DNA of 44,450 nucleotides from Klebsormidium nitens (GCA_000708835.1 DF237629.1:1-44450); one strand, 5' to 3'; positions 23,201 to 35,662 are shown, counted from the first letter of the stretch. Notes: a model not told the origin generated them from the letters alone. Made by a program: numbers and translations.

Positions 23201-26200
23201 ATGGCATGCCATCGCTCGACTCGCAGCACGGCCCTACGTCCCCAATCGGCTTTCCTATTGGCAGTCTTGATCATCGTTCTGCAGATAAGCAGCGCGGCTG
23301 CTTTTAACGTCAGCTATTTGCAAGGCTGCCCAGAGTACAACAACGTCACGTCCCTTGACCTTTGGTTCAAGCAACTGGTCGGTCCCATTCCGCCCGAGAT
23401 AGGCAAATGTACCGCGCTTGTCAGTCTCAATCTCAGCGTGAACTTCGCCATCAGCGGCCAGATCCCGCCCGAGATTGGCCGCCTGAGCAACCTCAGGGTG
23501 CTCAAGTTGGCGTCATTGTCAAAGCTTGAAGGGCCCATTCCCCCCGAGCTGGGCAACCTGTCTCAGCTCGAGGAGCTAGACTTGTCGAGCATATACTCCC
23601 TATCAGGGCCTATCCCAACCGAGCTGTGCCAACTCTCAAACCTGCAGAAGTTGGCGCTGCCAAATACCAACCTTTCTGGGCCCATCCCCGATTGTTTGAG
23701 CAACCTGCCGCAGCTCAAGGAGTTGGATCTTAGCGGCGCGTGGGGACTCCATCGCTCTGGTCAAACGTTGGGGCTGGTTTCCCGCCTGACCAACCTGACC
23801 AGTCTGAAGCTGTCCAATGCCAGCATAGCGGGTCCTTTACTCACAGCCATTGCCAATCTGACTGCGCTGCAAAAGTTGGACATATCATCCAACAATTTAT
23901 CGTCGATATCCTCCGTCTCGGCTGTCCAACTTGGTCAACCTGAACCTGGGTTACAACAACCTCCAAGCTAAATTTCCGGTTTGTGTGGGCAACCTGTCTA
24001 GGTTGAGCTTATTAACGTTGTCGAAGAACCGGTTGTCGGGGCCTATTCCGAGAGCTTTAGCGTTGCTGCCAAACCTGACCTACCTGGATTTGAGATCAAA
24101 CCTGCTGTCTGGAACCATCCCTGCAGAATTCGGTCAGGCTAGAATGCTCTCGACACTAGACCTCACCAATAATAGGCTAACAGGCGCAATACCACCTGAG
24201 CTCAGTAATATCACGACTTTAACGTCCCTTGAGCTGTCCAACAACCAGCTTTCGGGTCCAGTTCCTGCGCTTGCCAACATGCCCATGCTTAGGCGTATGA
24301 AACTAGACTCCAACAATCTATCGGGCCTTATCCCACCTTTCGGAACCCTCTCAGGGCTCAACCTTCTCAACCTCAGCTCTAATCAGCTCTCAGGCATGAT
24401 CCCATCAGAGTTCAGCAAGCTTCGAAATTTGGGGTCGCTAGACCTTAGTTACAACAGTCTGCAGGGCCCTGTTACCCCCCTTACAAATTTTTCAAGGAGC
24501 GGACTATTGTATCTGCAGCACAACGAGTTGGAAGGACCAATCCCTCCCAATTTCTTTGTTGGCAAAGCCGGTGTAGACCTGTCGCACAACAGGTTCTCGG
24601 GCGCCATTCCTGCGGAGGTCGGGAAAATGTCCACAAAGTCGACCTTGGGTTTGCCTTATCTGCTCCTGGACTTGTCTTCCAATGACCTGTCCGGCAGTCC
24701 CCCACTAGAGCTCCAACAGCTCCCACTCCTCTCCCAGCTCAACCTTTCCAACAACAACCTTTCGGGCTCTTTCCGGATTGGCCCCTTTGTTCGGGACGGT
24801 ACCTTCTCCTTGCTCCTGGACTTCAGCAACAACGGCCCGTTGGCGATGCTCCCAGGAACCAACTTCAGCGGCCTGCAGATCGTCGCCCTCCCAAACCTGA
24901 CCTCCAGGGATCCCCCACTTATCGCCCCGGACCTGCGCCTTTTGCAACTTAGCGGCGCCGGGGCGACCAACGGAAATTTGGACCTGTCAATCGTCCCCGC
25001 GAGCTGCCCCTACGTGACGTACTCCCGTCCGGTTTCGCACATTACGTTTTGGGGCGCGTGTACGAGCTCCACGGGCTGTCTGGTGAACTTGGTGGGCACT
25101 GGGGCCAAGCTGAGCCGCAGCACGCGCAAGACGGTGTGCCTCAACCGCATCTCGGTCTTCCTGGAGGGGGATCCCCCAACTCTGCAGTTCCCGCTCGGGT
25201 CGCCCCTTTCTCCGTACCTGAACAACAGCCGCGGCCCCTACTTCTTCAACGACAGCCGGTTCATTGACAAGATCGACCTGGGCCCCGGGGGAGTGGCGTA
25301 CACCGGCGTCGGCTTTGCGCGTGTGCAGGCGGGGAACCTGTGCGGGAACCCGGAAGCCAAAACGGTGGTTGCCGTCGCGTATGGCGTCTTCTCCGGGCTC
25401 GTCCTCTTGAGCTCCCTCGGCTGGTGGATCGCCGCGCGGAGCGGGTTCCTCATGAAGACGGGCAGCTCTTCGGGGCAGAACTTCATTCTGACCCTAGCGT
25501 TGTACATGTGGGGCTTGGTCTCGGGGCTCCTGCCGTGGGCCGACCTGGCAACCGATATCGCGGTCGTGGCGGACATTTGGGGGGTCTGGTCGGCGTGGGT
25601 CGTTCTGGGCGCGATTCTGGCCCCGTATCTCATCAGTGCCGCCTGCATCGCGTGCGTCTGGTGGGTTGATCCGACGCCCAACTCGATCTGGAAGGTAAGC
25701 AATTCAGTGGCTTTTCACTTTAGGATTCACTACTCTTGCTTTGAAGACCACACCGAAAATCGGTACCGTTTCTCACGAGGTTCGACAAGAGTGCGTTTTC
25801 TGCAAGCCTGTATTGCACTCGTTTCCCGTCACTTCTCAGCGGCCCTCGTATGTCACAGGAAGGTCGGACCTCTATCTCTTTCCTTTCAGGTTGAAGTGGG
25901 TTTGATTTAGACGTCAAACGTAGTCAATTTGATCTTCCATGTCAGTGTGATATTGGTTGAATCAAGTACGATGGCAGGTAGATAAGGTCTGCTGTTTTAT
26001 CGAGGTCAGGAGAACCGCCAGCACGCCATGCAGCGTCAGTGAGCTTGCTTGCTTCACGGCCTCTAAGGTGGATAACAAGGAAGTTTCGTCGTCAAACATG
26101 CCTACTTGACGGCTGGCTACTGAGAGACCTAGTACCAAGATAGTAGAATGTGGTCAATCCTCAGTCAGCCGAGTCGGCTTGTCTGCACAAACCCCTGTGG

Positions 26201-27018
26201 ATCCTGCGTCATCACCCCATGGCCAATCACGTCAGCCGCACCTAGCCTGGAAAACCGGTTGTGTGCCCCCGGTATTTTGCCCCCTAAGTTTCCTGTGCTT
26301 TTTATCCGATCATTGACATACGGACCGTCCCATGATCATCATAATAAAACTGACTGAGATTGGAGGAGTTATAGAACGCTCGAATCGGTTCCCCGGTGTT
26401 GCTCTTGCTCTGTGGTCAAACCTGCGCTACCTAGGCACTCTCGTCTCAAATGAATGCCTAGCTAGGCCTGCTCGTGTCTGCCAGGCACGCTTCAAGTGGG
26501 TTTGGTTCGCTGACGTCACGGACGCCTACCCGCCCACGCCCCTGGGCAAACTCCCCGCCTGGAGGTACCCCCTGGCGCTCGCGTCTCTACCCGAGGCTGC
26601 CGCGGCCGTCGTCGTTTATGACGTCATCGGCTTTTTGGACAGAGTCGGGTTCCACCTCCGGTGGGGCGCTGACGTGTACACCCTGCGGCCCTACTCCGAC
26701 TTGCGCGCGCAGCTGGAGCTGATTCTGCGCTCCATTCCCCAGGCCCTTTTCCAGAGCGTCCTCTACCTGTTGGGCAGTTCGCGCTCCACGCGCATTTACA
26801 TCGACCAGCACACGTTCACACTCTCGATCGCGGTGTCTCTTCTGAGCATCCTGGTGCAGTTCAACCTGCTTCTGAAGGAGACCCTGGAGAGCAAGCTGCC
26901 CGTGGCGACGATAATGCGCAGGCGTTTCTTGGCCGCGAATTGCCGCCCGTGCCTGATGAAGAGCGCTGGCGAAGCGGGGGAGGAGTTCGAGAGTGTCAAC
27001 GAGAAGGTTGTCCCCTAG
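23201..27018 (+). CDS. Signal peptide + ~20 plant-type LRRs + Cys-containing juxtamembrane domain + multi-TM XK-related domain; frameshifted within the LRRs as assembled
   Basis: ATG at 23201 with hydrophobic leader AFLLAVLIIVLQISSAAA. Repeats of LxxLxLxxNxLSGxIP over about 23350-24850. Exon 1 ends WK|GTAAGC at 25694; exon 2 spans 26485-27018. TM part: ADLATDIAVV, LELILRSIPQALFQSVLY, SIAVSLLSI. The frame shifts from ORF 23138-23971 to ORF 23931-25910 at about 23905-23925. Confidence 0.85.
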
Positions 27019-28503
27019 TTGCATCAAGTGCAACAAAGTCTAATTGGTATTCCGACTGTTCTACGGTCGTGTCCGGCCTGAGCACCCATCTTGCAACAAA
27101 AAATGCGTTTAGTCACCCTAATACAACCTATTTTTTGCGGATGGCAACTACTTGTTAGAGTGTGTCTTACCGTTGTATAAGCACGACATCATACGGAGGC
27201 AGATATTGTCTTGAGACCTCCATGAAACGACGCGATCTTGGAAGTCATGGACGCCCTGGGAATCTTCCTGGTGACCTGGACACGTGGATCGCTTCAATCG
27301 GGCAAAATTAGGTAGGGGATACTTCAATACCGGTTGTTCTTGAAGACACGTGCTTCTTCGCAACAACCTGGTGATGAACAGACGAACACAAGGTTTTAGG
27401 GTAAGCCGGGTCTTATTCCAAGGCGTATCGGGAACTCAGGTATGGAATCATGCGCATATGCACGTGCCAACCTCGACGTGTATGCTACCGTCCAGGCACG
27501 TTCATCAATGATTCACTAGCATGACATCATTCATCAGCCAGATGTATCATCATGTTTAATAAGAAGATGTATATATTGTAATGATATAGTAGAGGCGAGT
27601 CGGGCTTCCATGTTCGCATATCTGCGAAACACTTTTGCATCCGTGCGCAGGCTACATATTCAAACGTGGTCGTCATGTGGATTGCTCTGGCTGAGATACT
27701 ACACGCAGCCATGCGCGCATCGGACGGCCACGGCGTCCATAGCATCATACACGTCACTAAACAAGCCATATGTGCATATTACAGACATAACTATAAACAA
27801 GTCATGTGGGCCTCGCGTGTATGCTATATACAATGGCCGCGCCCCTGCCCTCCAGTTTTGCAGAACAGGTAGGCAGTCCAAAGTTGCAATGGTGGCGTGT
27901 GCAGAGCTAGCTCTCAAATTGACTCCTTTGTGGCCAAAATTTAAGTCACAGCGTCGACGCTATCTGCAAGTATCGGCTAGGGATGACCTCAAGCTCGCAC
28001 TCTCCTCATTGAAGCTAATTCTCAAGGATCACTACCCGACTCCTTGCGTCATAGGGTTGGCCACGGTTGTCATGAGTAGCTGCATCGGAGAAGGAAGAGG
28101 AACCGCTAATCAGAGGACGTTAAGAAACAAAGGACTAGCCTGATAGGGCGGCGACCAACGATTCGCGAGTACAGATTCTTGTAGCCGTAGACGCTGTTTC
28201 TGCAACGCAACAAGAGGCTTACTTCACGCAAGAGTATTCGAGGCACGCAATTCAGTTCCCCTCTTCTCTTGTATGAAGCGTCACTCCCCGCACCGCCTGA
28301 GCTACTGCCGGGCGCATTCACGTCAAGAATCATAGCATTGGTCAACATGAACTAGTTTTCCGCTTTTCCAAGTGTCATGAACTGTCCCACTCTGTTCACC
28401 TGGTGGAAGAGCTTTGGTGTCAACTCGCTTCCCCTTCCAGTGCCACAAGTGGGCGCTCCGCTCTCGTCGTTGGAAGCGCAGCGCCGTCCTGGTAGATTAG
28501 CAC

Positions 28504-31500
28504 TCAAGCTGCACCCCCAGAAACGCGCGCGTACACGACCACGTGGCTTTGAAGCTCCCGGTCCACTGGAAAGTGTGCGTGGAAGAAGCGGGGTCCCTGT
28601 GGGGGCGAAGTAGTGCTAATTCGTCATTTCTTTCTTGGAGGGGCCTCAGAGAATTTCAAAGAGTCTCCTGCCTTTTCTTGGGAGATGACTCATCCTGACA
28701 TGGAGCGGACGCTGATGCAGGGCGTTGGCTTAGGTATGGTTACGTTTGAGAAAGAGGAGCGGCACTGACCTTTAATCTGTGGTATAACGCAAAGGGTCCT
28801 GCTCCGATTATGTGGTCATCTCTGCCGTTGATTGTAAGTCTTTGCAGGATCTAAGCGCCGACCCGACAAAGCACGTCCTCTTGATCCCCAAACATCGAAA
28901 GGAACTGAAAGCCCCCCTTCCTCAGATCCAAGCCCGCCAAAAGTACAACGCCGATGATCCAGACCGTTTCGCTATTTCCGAGAGGTCGGAGATCAACGTG
29001 CGGTAACTTTCATCCTCGCACCCGCAACATAAATCCTTTCCGACAAGTCTTGCCAACACGCCCAGTATGTATGGCTGACTTTCCCATTTTTCTGGACGCA
29101 GAGGTCATGGTAACCGGGAGCTCGACACTAACCTTGGCAAAACCCTCCTGCGTCAGCAGATCCTCAACCCCCTTTTCCACGGGTTCAAAAAGGACGATAT
29201 GACTGGGCAGCTTTTCCGCGAGCCCCTCCGCAGCGGAGCCAATCAGCTGCTGCCACGTGGCTCTTCTGCGGTCGATCTCAGCGTGCTGGGACCCAGACCC
29301 GTTGTTGGACAGCAGTTCGAACTCCCGTGAAAGAAAGGCCGCCGGGTCGCGGAAGAAGCGGTCGTCCTCCCGCACGTGGCCCGGCTTAGAGCTGCGGTGT
29401 TGAGAGGAGTGACGTCAGCAGTGCAGAGCACCACTCAAGGATGACGGAGGCATCGTCATCAGAATGGACGACACCGAGGTAATTGAAAATTACAAAGCCT
29501 CGGAAGTAGATAAAAGACGTCGGCACTTCTCAGTGCTCCCTTCCTGTTCGACTGCTGATCACATGGAGGCCAACTTAGTACAGGTCTGCTTGTCAAGTGT
29601 CTGCCTAGACAGGTGACGGAGTGGGAGAGAGCCGAATCCAAAACCACTTCGACTACAGGGCATTCCAACAAACGAAGCTACTTCAAATTTTAGGAAGCTT
29701 ACAGAAAGAATCTCGAATTTTAGAAGTAAACAGGCAGTGTAGATGACAGAAGACCTAAAACACGCAAACGACTGATCTCCTGCAAGCATATACGCTTGGA
29801 TTCTAAAAGAATCCGACCAGAGTTTCAGTCATCATCTTCGAAGATGATCCTTTACCTCGGCGCACAGTCCAGGATCCGCATCGGAATCGGCGCGTGCACG
29901 TGGCTGTAGAACGGCGTCGAGTGGCACGGCATCAAGAGCCACACTGCTTGTACTTTGATTGTGAAGGATCAGCGAAGAGATGGTTTCAAATGAAACTCCT
30001 CAAACACGGCAGAAGAAACGCCCATGTACACATGGGCAGAGTCGCTTCAAACCTTTACCTGGGCGCGCACTCCAGAATCCGCATGGGCACGCGCGCATGC
30101 ACGTGGCTGTAGAACGGCGTAGAATGGCACGGCATGAGGAACCAAACCCCCGAAACCCCGCCCGCCCGCGCCTCGTCTGCCAGCCACTCGGCGACTCGCA
30201 CCGCGCCCCGTTGGTGAATCATCGAAAAGTAAAGCGCCATCGGAATTTGGGTAAGAATTAGGAACGCGAGCAACAGGCGCAGAGCGAGGGGCCGCGAGGA
30301 GGGTGTGACGTCAGCGGAGGGAGGTGTGACGTCAGCGGAAGGGGGTGAGACGTCAGCGGAGGGTTTGCCGAGACCGGAGGTGCCGACGGGAGAGAAGACG
30401 GCGGTGGTAGCGCCAGGGGAGCGTTTGGAGGGAGCGGGGGCGTTTCCGCAGGTGCTTGTGACGTCAGCGGAGAGCTTTGCGCCGACGGTGCCGGGCGGGG
30501 GTTTGGACTGGGTGACGTCAGCAGGGGTTTTGGAGGGGTTGACCGGCCGGCGCCTGTGCAAGGACGTTACGACTCGGGGGTTCGTTTGGAAGCGCGACGG
30601 GTCGTTGGAAGAGAGATCGGGTTCCGAGTTGGAGGGGTGCAAATCTCGTTCCGAGCTTCGGGGAGCTGAATCCCGTCCCGATTTGGAGGGTTGCAATTCC
30701 GTTTCCGGAAGCTCCGCATCAGGGCGGCCACCGGAACGACCGGGACTGTCCAAGCTTGCCAGCGCTTCGCCGGCGAAGGCCATTACAAGGGGCAGAATCG
30801 GAAGGATGAACCTGCTCAGGCACGGGGGCAGGTTGGAGAGATCGAATGCGGGGTTGCTCGGAAAGCGAGAACACGCGTGTAGCACAAGTTATAAACCAGC
30901 TACTACGTGACGCTGACCAGGAACGTGGGTGAAGGGGATGCTTCCTTCCGCAAGCAAACAACCAGAAAAGTTGGCCACAACAATGTTTCCGAATCATACC
31001 ATAAGAACGACGAAACGTGGATCAGCGAACGACCTGGCTGGGAGGCTTACTGAAGCCAACATCAGTTTCAGCAACGCTGACAGAGACATCGGTGCCCCAA
31101 GCTGCCCCAAACTCCATAATCTCTACTTGTTTTGTTAGTGAAACGGCAGCAGCTTGCTTGTCCTTACCACAGAGAGGACGGGCCACCCCCCCTTACAACA
31201 AAGTGAGCCCCGCTTTCCATCTAGACCTCGGTTCGGTTGGTGGTTGCAGGCTTAGCGGGTTTCAGATCCCTTCACAAATCTTCATCGGACTGGATTCAAG
31301 GTCCATTTTCATTCCTCTATCTTTACGACATAAGTTTGGAAGAGGAACACCGTACTTGGATGATTGTTAGGAAAGCTCCGCTTCGCCTCACCTGAGCTCC
31401 TTGTGTCCCAACAAGCTGTAAGCCGCCATAACCCAGACGATGACGCACGCAAGCGCTCCGTTCCGGCTCCGCCAGACGCCCACCATAGCGAACGGAAGGA

Positions 31501-34417
31501 GCGTCGTGGCCATCGCTGGGAGGCCACCCGTGAAGTACCTGCAACGATGCGCCGGCCATGACTTCGGCGACGGTCCTTCCCTTGAAAGCAGCGAGAAGGA
31601 AAGGGAAGGGTACGAGGTGTGCTCCAAACAAAGGCAGCCGCGCAGTGATAAGTCCTGCGAACGGTTTGCAGTGGTCGAAAAGATGAATCCGCTTCGAATG
31701 CGAGCACTGAGGACGCGTTGCGATCGTCTTGCGTTTTACTAACTGACTTTACAGAAGCAAAATAAAAAGAAGACAGAAGGACGCCACAGCGTCCACACTT
31801 GTGCCGGCTCGACGTTGGGTACGCTTCCAGAGACTTGCTTAGTTTCAAGTCTCGGGCCCAGATGACTATGGTCTTTTCAAACAAGACCGGATACGAAAGC
31901 TTATAACCGAACGGGTACTTCCAAGCTCTTCGCCTTCCAGCAACTATTTACGCTCAACCTTTCAAAAATCGGACCGATTCCATCTTGATACATACCTGCA
32001 GACGCAATTTGAGTGTGAAATGAACCGTACCAGTCTGTCACGCGTTGATCAAAAGTCAAAGACACCCTAGCAATCTTCAGTCGTAGCCACACCGAACCTT
32101 GCCTTACCAGTGCCAAGGGTGCGTTCCATAAGCGTCGGCGCCCCCACTAAGATTAAAGCAGACGAAGTTCAGCGGTACGATCGTCCACTCGCCGTACATC
32201 CAACGGTCCAGGAGCGTCGATGCGCCCAAGCAAACGAAGCTGCGTATGCCGACAGAAAAGCTCAGATTTCAGAGCTCCGATATTGGACTTGGCGGCCAAA
32301 TGGGTCGCCCTTTTTGAGATTGAGTTCAAGGCAGCTCGTTACTCAAAAAGTCGTGACCGAGAGCCCCTCAGACAATCATTGGACACATCTTTTCAATCAG
32401 ATGCTGAGTCGAAGACAAGCCATATGTCAGCCATGCGGGAGTTGCGTTCGACAAGCACCTGCGTCGAATGGAACCGGAAAGAGACGCCGACTCGACGAAG
32501 GTTCGAACAAAGCTCAAAAGGGAATTTGAACGGAATTCTGTCCCTCAAGAAACGACGACGTTCTGGAAGGCAAGGAATCCGAATCTAGAAACAGGCATTG
32601 CAGTTCTTCGAGCTTTGAACAAACGGGGAACACGGGAACAAAGCGAAGGAAGCCAATGAAGTGCGGCTCACCCTATCGGAAGGACTTCGAGGAACACAAA
32701 GCGCTTCTTGTCGGGCGTTCTGGCCAACTCCTGGAATCCCAAGTAGACCCAAAGGACAGCGCTCGTTGGCCGGAAAAGACATGCCAACCCGGCAAGAGAC
32801 AAGGCGAGGGGCCTATTCACACAAGCTCTGCTGGTCCCATACTTGCTGTCCGTTTCGCTGTCTGCGTATCCGTATGCAGTTTTGGAGGCCCTTCCGGTCT
32901 CTGTCTGAAGAAGTGAGTCATTCCTCTGCGGCTGGTTGTAAACTTTTGTGGGTTGCTTGGAGCTTGATGGGAATCCTTGTTCTGTTGCTTTCATTGGCAG
33001 AGGCTTGGTTTCGAGGGGCCAGTAGAAGAGGGCGGCGGTCGTGAGGACGGTCTCGAGGCAGTTCGAGAAGGGTCGGACGATGCAGAAGAACGTGAACCAG
33101 TTGAGCAGCTGGCACACCAGCTGAAGACGCGGTGTCAAGGAAAGCAGTTACGAGAACAGCCTTAGCCAACTGACACTGAAACTTCTAATGGCTCTTCTGA
33201 AGAAAGTGAGCAGCTCATTGGATGAAGAGAAGGGTTGGCAGATGTGTCAAGCGAGCGGTTTCGAATTGAGATTAGACAGACGCTTGGCAAACGTGGGCCA
33301 CAAAGCAGTTCTTAATGAAATAAGGCCAACAGTGAAAGTTTGAAAATCTGTTGTGACAAGTAAGAGGATACGGCCCATTTGGCGGCCTTCTGGGAGAAAA
33401 TGCGCCCCGTCAGCTTGTACAGAAATGAATCTCCGACAGCTGCGAGTGCACCTTGGAGGAGTCTGGGTGCAATCCTCTGCAGAAAAACATAAGCGATGGT
33501 GTGCTTATGGACATACACTATCGGCTGAACTTCTCAAAACACGTTCTAGTCTCCTGGCGAGTATCCCAGAGTGTTCCCTTCCAGCAAGTGTTGGATAAAG
33601 AAACACACCCCAGCCCAAAGTCGTGGATGTGAGCGAATCAAAGCAAGCCTGGACTGATTTACGGCTCTTACAAACAAAACCAAGGGGGCATGCTTCTTGC
33701 ATATGCTTTCAACGCCATTTGCATCAGAAGGGGGCTCAAGACCGCAGTTGAGGTGAGCTGTAACCACATGACCACCACCGTACCCCATTAGCATTTAACC
33801 ATTTTGGTGTCCGGCAAAAGGCTGCTTGGACCAGCGCACCTACCAACGCTGCTGCAGAGTCGCAGCCACAGAGAGCGAGGGCCTTGTACAGCGCAGCAAA
33901 GATGAGCGGGTGGGCATAGCTGCGGATGCCTTCACGCCACTCCCAGGTTATATATCCATACCTGAAATCAAGACCAGATATGCGTTCAAGTCAAAATTCC
34001 AAGCCTTTCTGTTTCAACTCAGAGCAGACAAAGTGGCATAGTCCGCCCATTCCCTGATCCCAGTGTGTACTGAACAGATCAACTGGCTCCCGGTTGTGCT
34101 GAGACAAGCGCCAAGAAGAGTACAAGCAAGTCCTGGGAACTGAATTGATTGTGTTGTTGGGTGTGATCAGCTAGAACCTGGGTTTTGTAGCTAAGACACA
34201 AAGTCCAATGTTCCCTCCCAGCTCCGTCAAGCAGGGCTGGGGCAGCTTGCAATCTACGGTTTGCAACTTACCTGAATACAAGCCGATGCGCCACTTCCAA
34301 GCTCTGCCAATACTCATCTGGATTGAAGTATGTTTGCACCAAAAGGGCATTGAGGAGGCGGAAGATGAGCAAGCTAGCCAGCAGCACTCGATGATCTTCC
34401 GAGCGCAGACACACCAT
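28504..34417 (-). CDS. PIGB: GPI mannosyltransferase 3 (PIG-B / GPI10, glycosyltransferase family 22)
   Basis: Exons (minus): <=34417-34272, 33961-33844, 33476-33372, 33120-32672, 32239-32108, 31538-31392, 30811-30059, 29391-29133, 28596-28504, phases consistent. Motifs: [92 protein letters not shown]. Start codon uncertain. Confidence 0.95.
29856..29944 (-). repeat. Diverged intronic copy of the 3' 89 nt of PIG-B exon 7 including its donor site
   Basis: Encodes [29 protein letters not shown] versus the exon's [29 protein letters not shown] (30147-30059). Both end AG|GTAAAGG; period 203 bp. Confidence 0.95.
30302..30364. repeat. 3 x 21-bp tandem repeat (PSADV[S/T]P) within the PIG-B low-complexity insertion
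   Basis: ggtgtgacgtcagcggaggga / ggtgtgacgtcagcggaaggg / ggtgagacgtcagcggagggt. Confidence 0.95.
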
Positions 34418-34954
34418 TCTGCCCGCAAACAAGGGCGCAGGTGCAGGCCAGCAGCAGGGGAATCAACCTCTTTTGCTGCACCTGTAATAAATCACAATGC
34501 TTTTGCCAATGGGCATGCTGTGAGACTGCCAGTGCTGGCAGCTGGGCAAGCTGCCTTTCTGATCTTCACATGCACATTGAGCTACTTGTTGATCAGTAGC
34601 TTCCAAAATGACCTGAACAAAGTGCAAATCTCCACTTTTCAGTGGTGGCGCCATTTAATTCGAAACAAAGCATCAAGCGGCCCGTTTCTATGTAGTGCTC
34701 GATTAATTCTTTGGCACCCTTAACCTGCACAGTAGAACGCGGCCCGGTGTTGAAGCAATTTCCCTACCGCATGTCAAATCTAGGCTCTAGCGCTCCATTT
34801 TGCCAGGGACGTTGCACTTCAGAATAATAATGTGATGTATGTATGTATAGATTTCCTGAGCATTTTCTGGGGTCTTCAGAACCAGCTTCCTCGGCATCAT
34901 GAGAGGTACCTACTTGGTCTTAGTTAGCAGCCGCCACGACGCTCCGTCTGGATC

Positions 34955-35662
34955 ATGGCGGTAGAGGAGGCGGTAGCCCAGGAAGCTCTGCGCGCCCCTA
35001 GGAGGATCAGGGAGGTGCCGGAGAGCTACTTCCTGAAGCGTCCACCTCTCTGGGTGTCTCTTGCTCGCGCCGGTCTTGCAGTCTCAGCTGGCCTTGCAAC
35101 GGCGGTGTGGCTAGAGGGGTGGATCAAGCAGAAGATTGCAGGTGCGCAGCTCCCAGCCTTACGATTCTTTGATGGAATCCCAAAATCCACTAGTTGTTCA
35201 CAAGCGCAATTGTTCTGCGGCTGGGTGTTTTCGCTGTGCTTTCAAATGAAGCGGCCTCTTGATGCGCAGCGGCCAGTATGCTGTCCAGATGAATGGTGAC
35301 ATGGTCACATCTGGCCTGTCAGATCATTCTTCTGAGCAAGTTGTATATGCATCGTCAATTTAAGCAAGCAGATGTTTTCAAGAGCTTCAGCAGCTTTAGT
35401 GGGATACAATGTCTGTGGGGGGGCGAGGTAAACACTGCATAGATCTCAGTGCTAAGAAGTAAAATGGAAGTATACATCTAGTTACTTCCCAGGGCTGTCT
35501 GTGGATATGGGCAACTTATGTGGTTGCAGTCGACGTTCTCGCAATGCACTTCATTGATCAAGCCTGAACGCTGACCGGTTTTTCCCTTTTTCCTGATCTG
35601 CAGAAGACGGAGGCTATGTCATTGTCTTGGGCAAGAAGAAAGACACTCCTTCTGAAGAGTAG
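34955..35662 (+). CDS. Small (81 aa) single-pass membrane protein, unknown function
   Basis: Exons 34955-35141 (GCA G|GTGCGC) and 35604-35662 (ctgcag|AA GAC). Product: MAVEEAVAQEALRAPRRIREVPESYFLKRPPLWVSLARAGLAVSAGLATAVWLEGWIKQKIAEDGGYVIVLGKKKDTPSEE. Good ATG context (atcATGG) and GC3-rich codons. Confidence 0.75.

Noticed and set aside
27395-27402. TTTTAGGG telomere-like unit (and ccctaaaccc near 43682)
   Set aside because: Single units, expected by chance; no array.
28770-28776. Apparent 7-nt microexon (cag|ATTAAAG|gtcagt) in the last PIG-B intron
   Set aside because: The flanking exons already join in frame (FAK|GPRFFHAH), with the length expected from plant orthologues; inclusion would frameshift.
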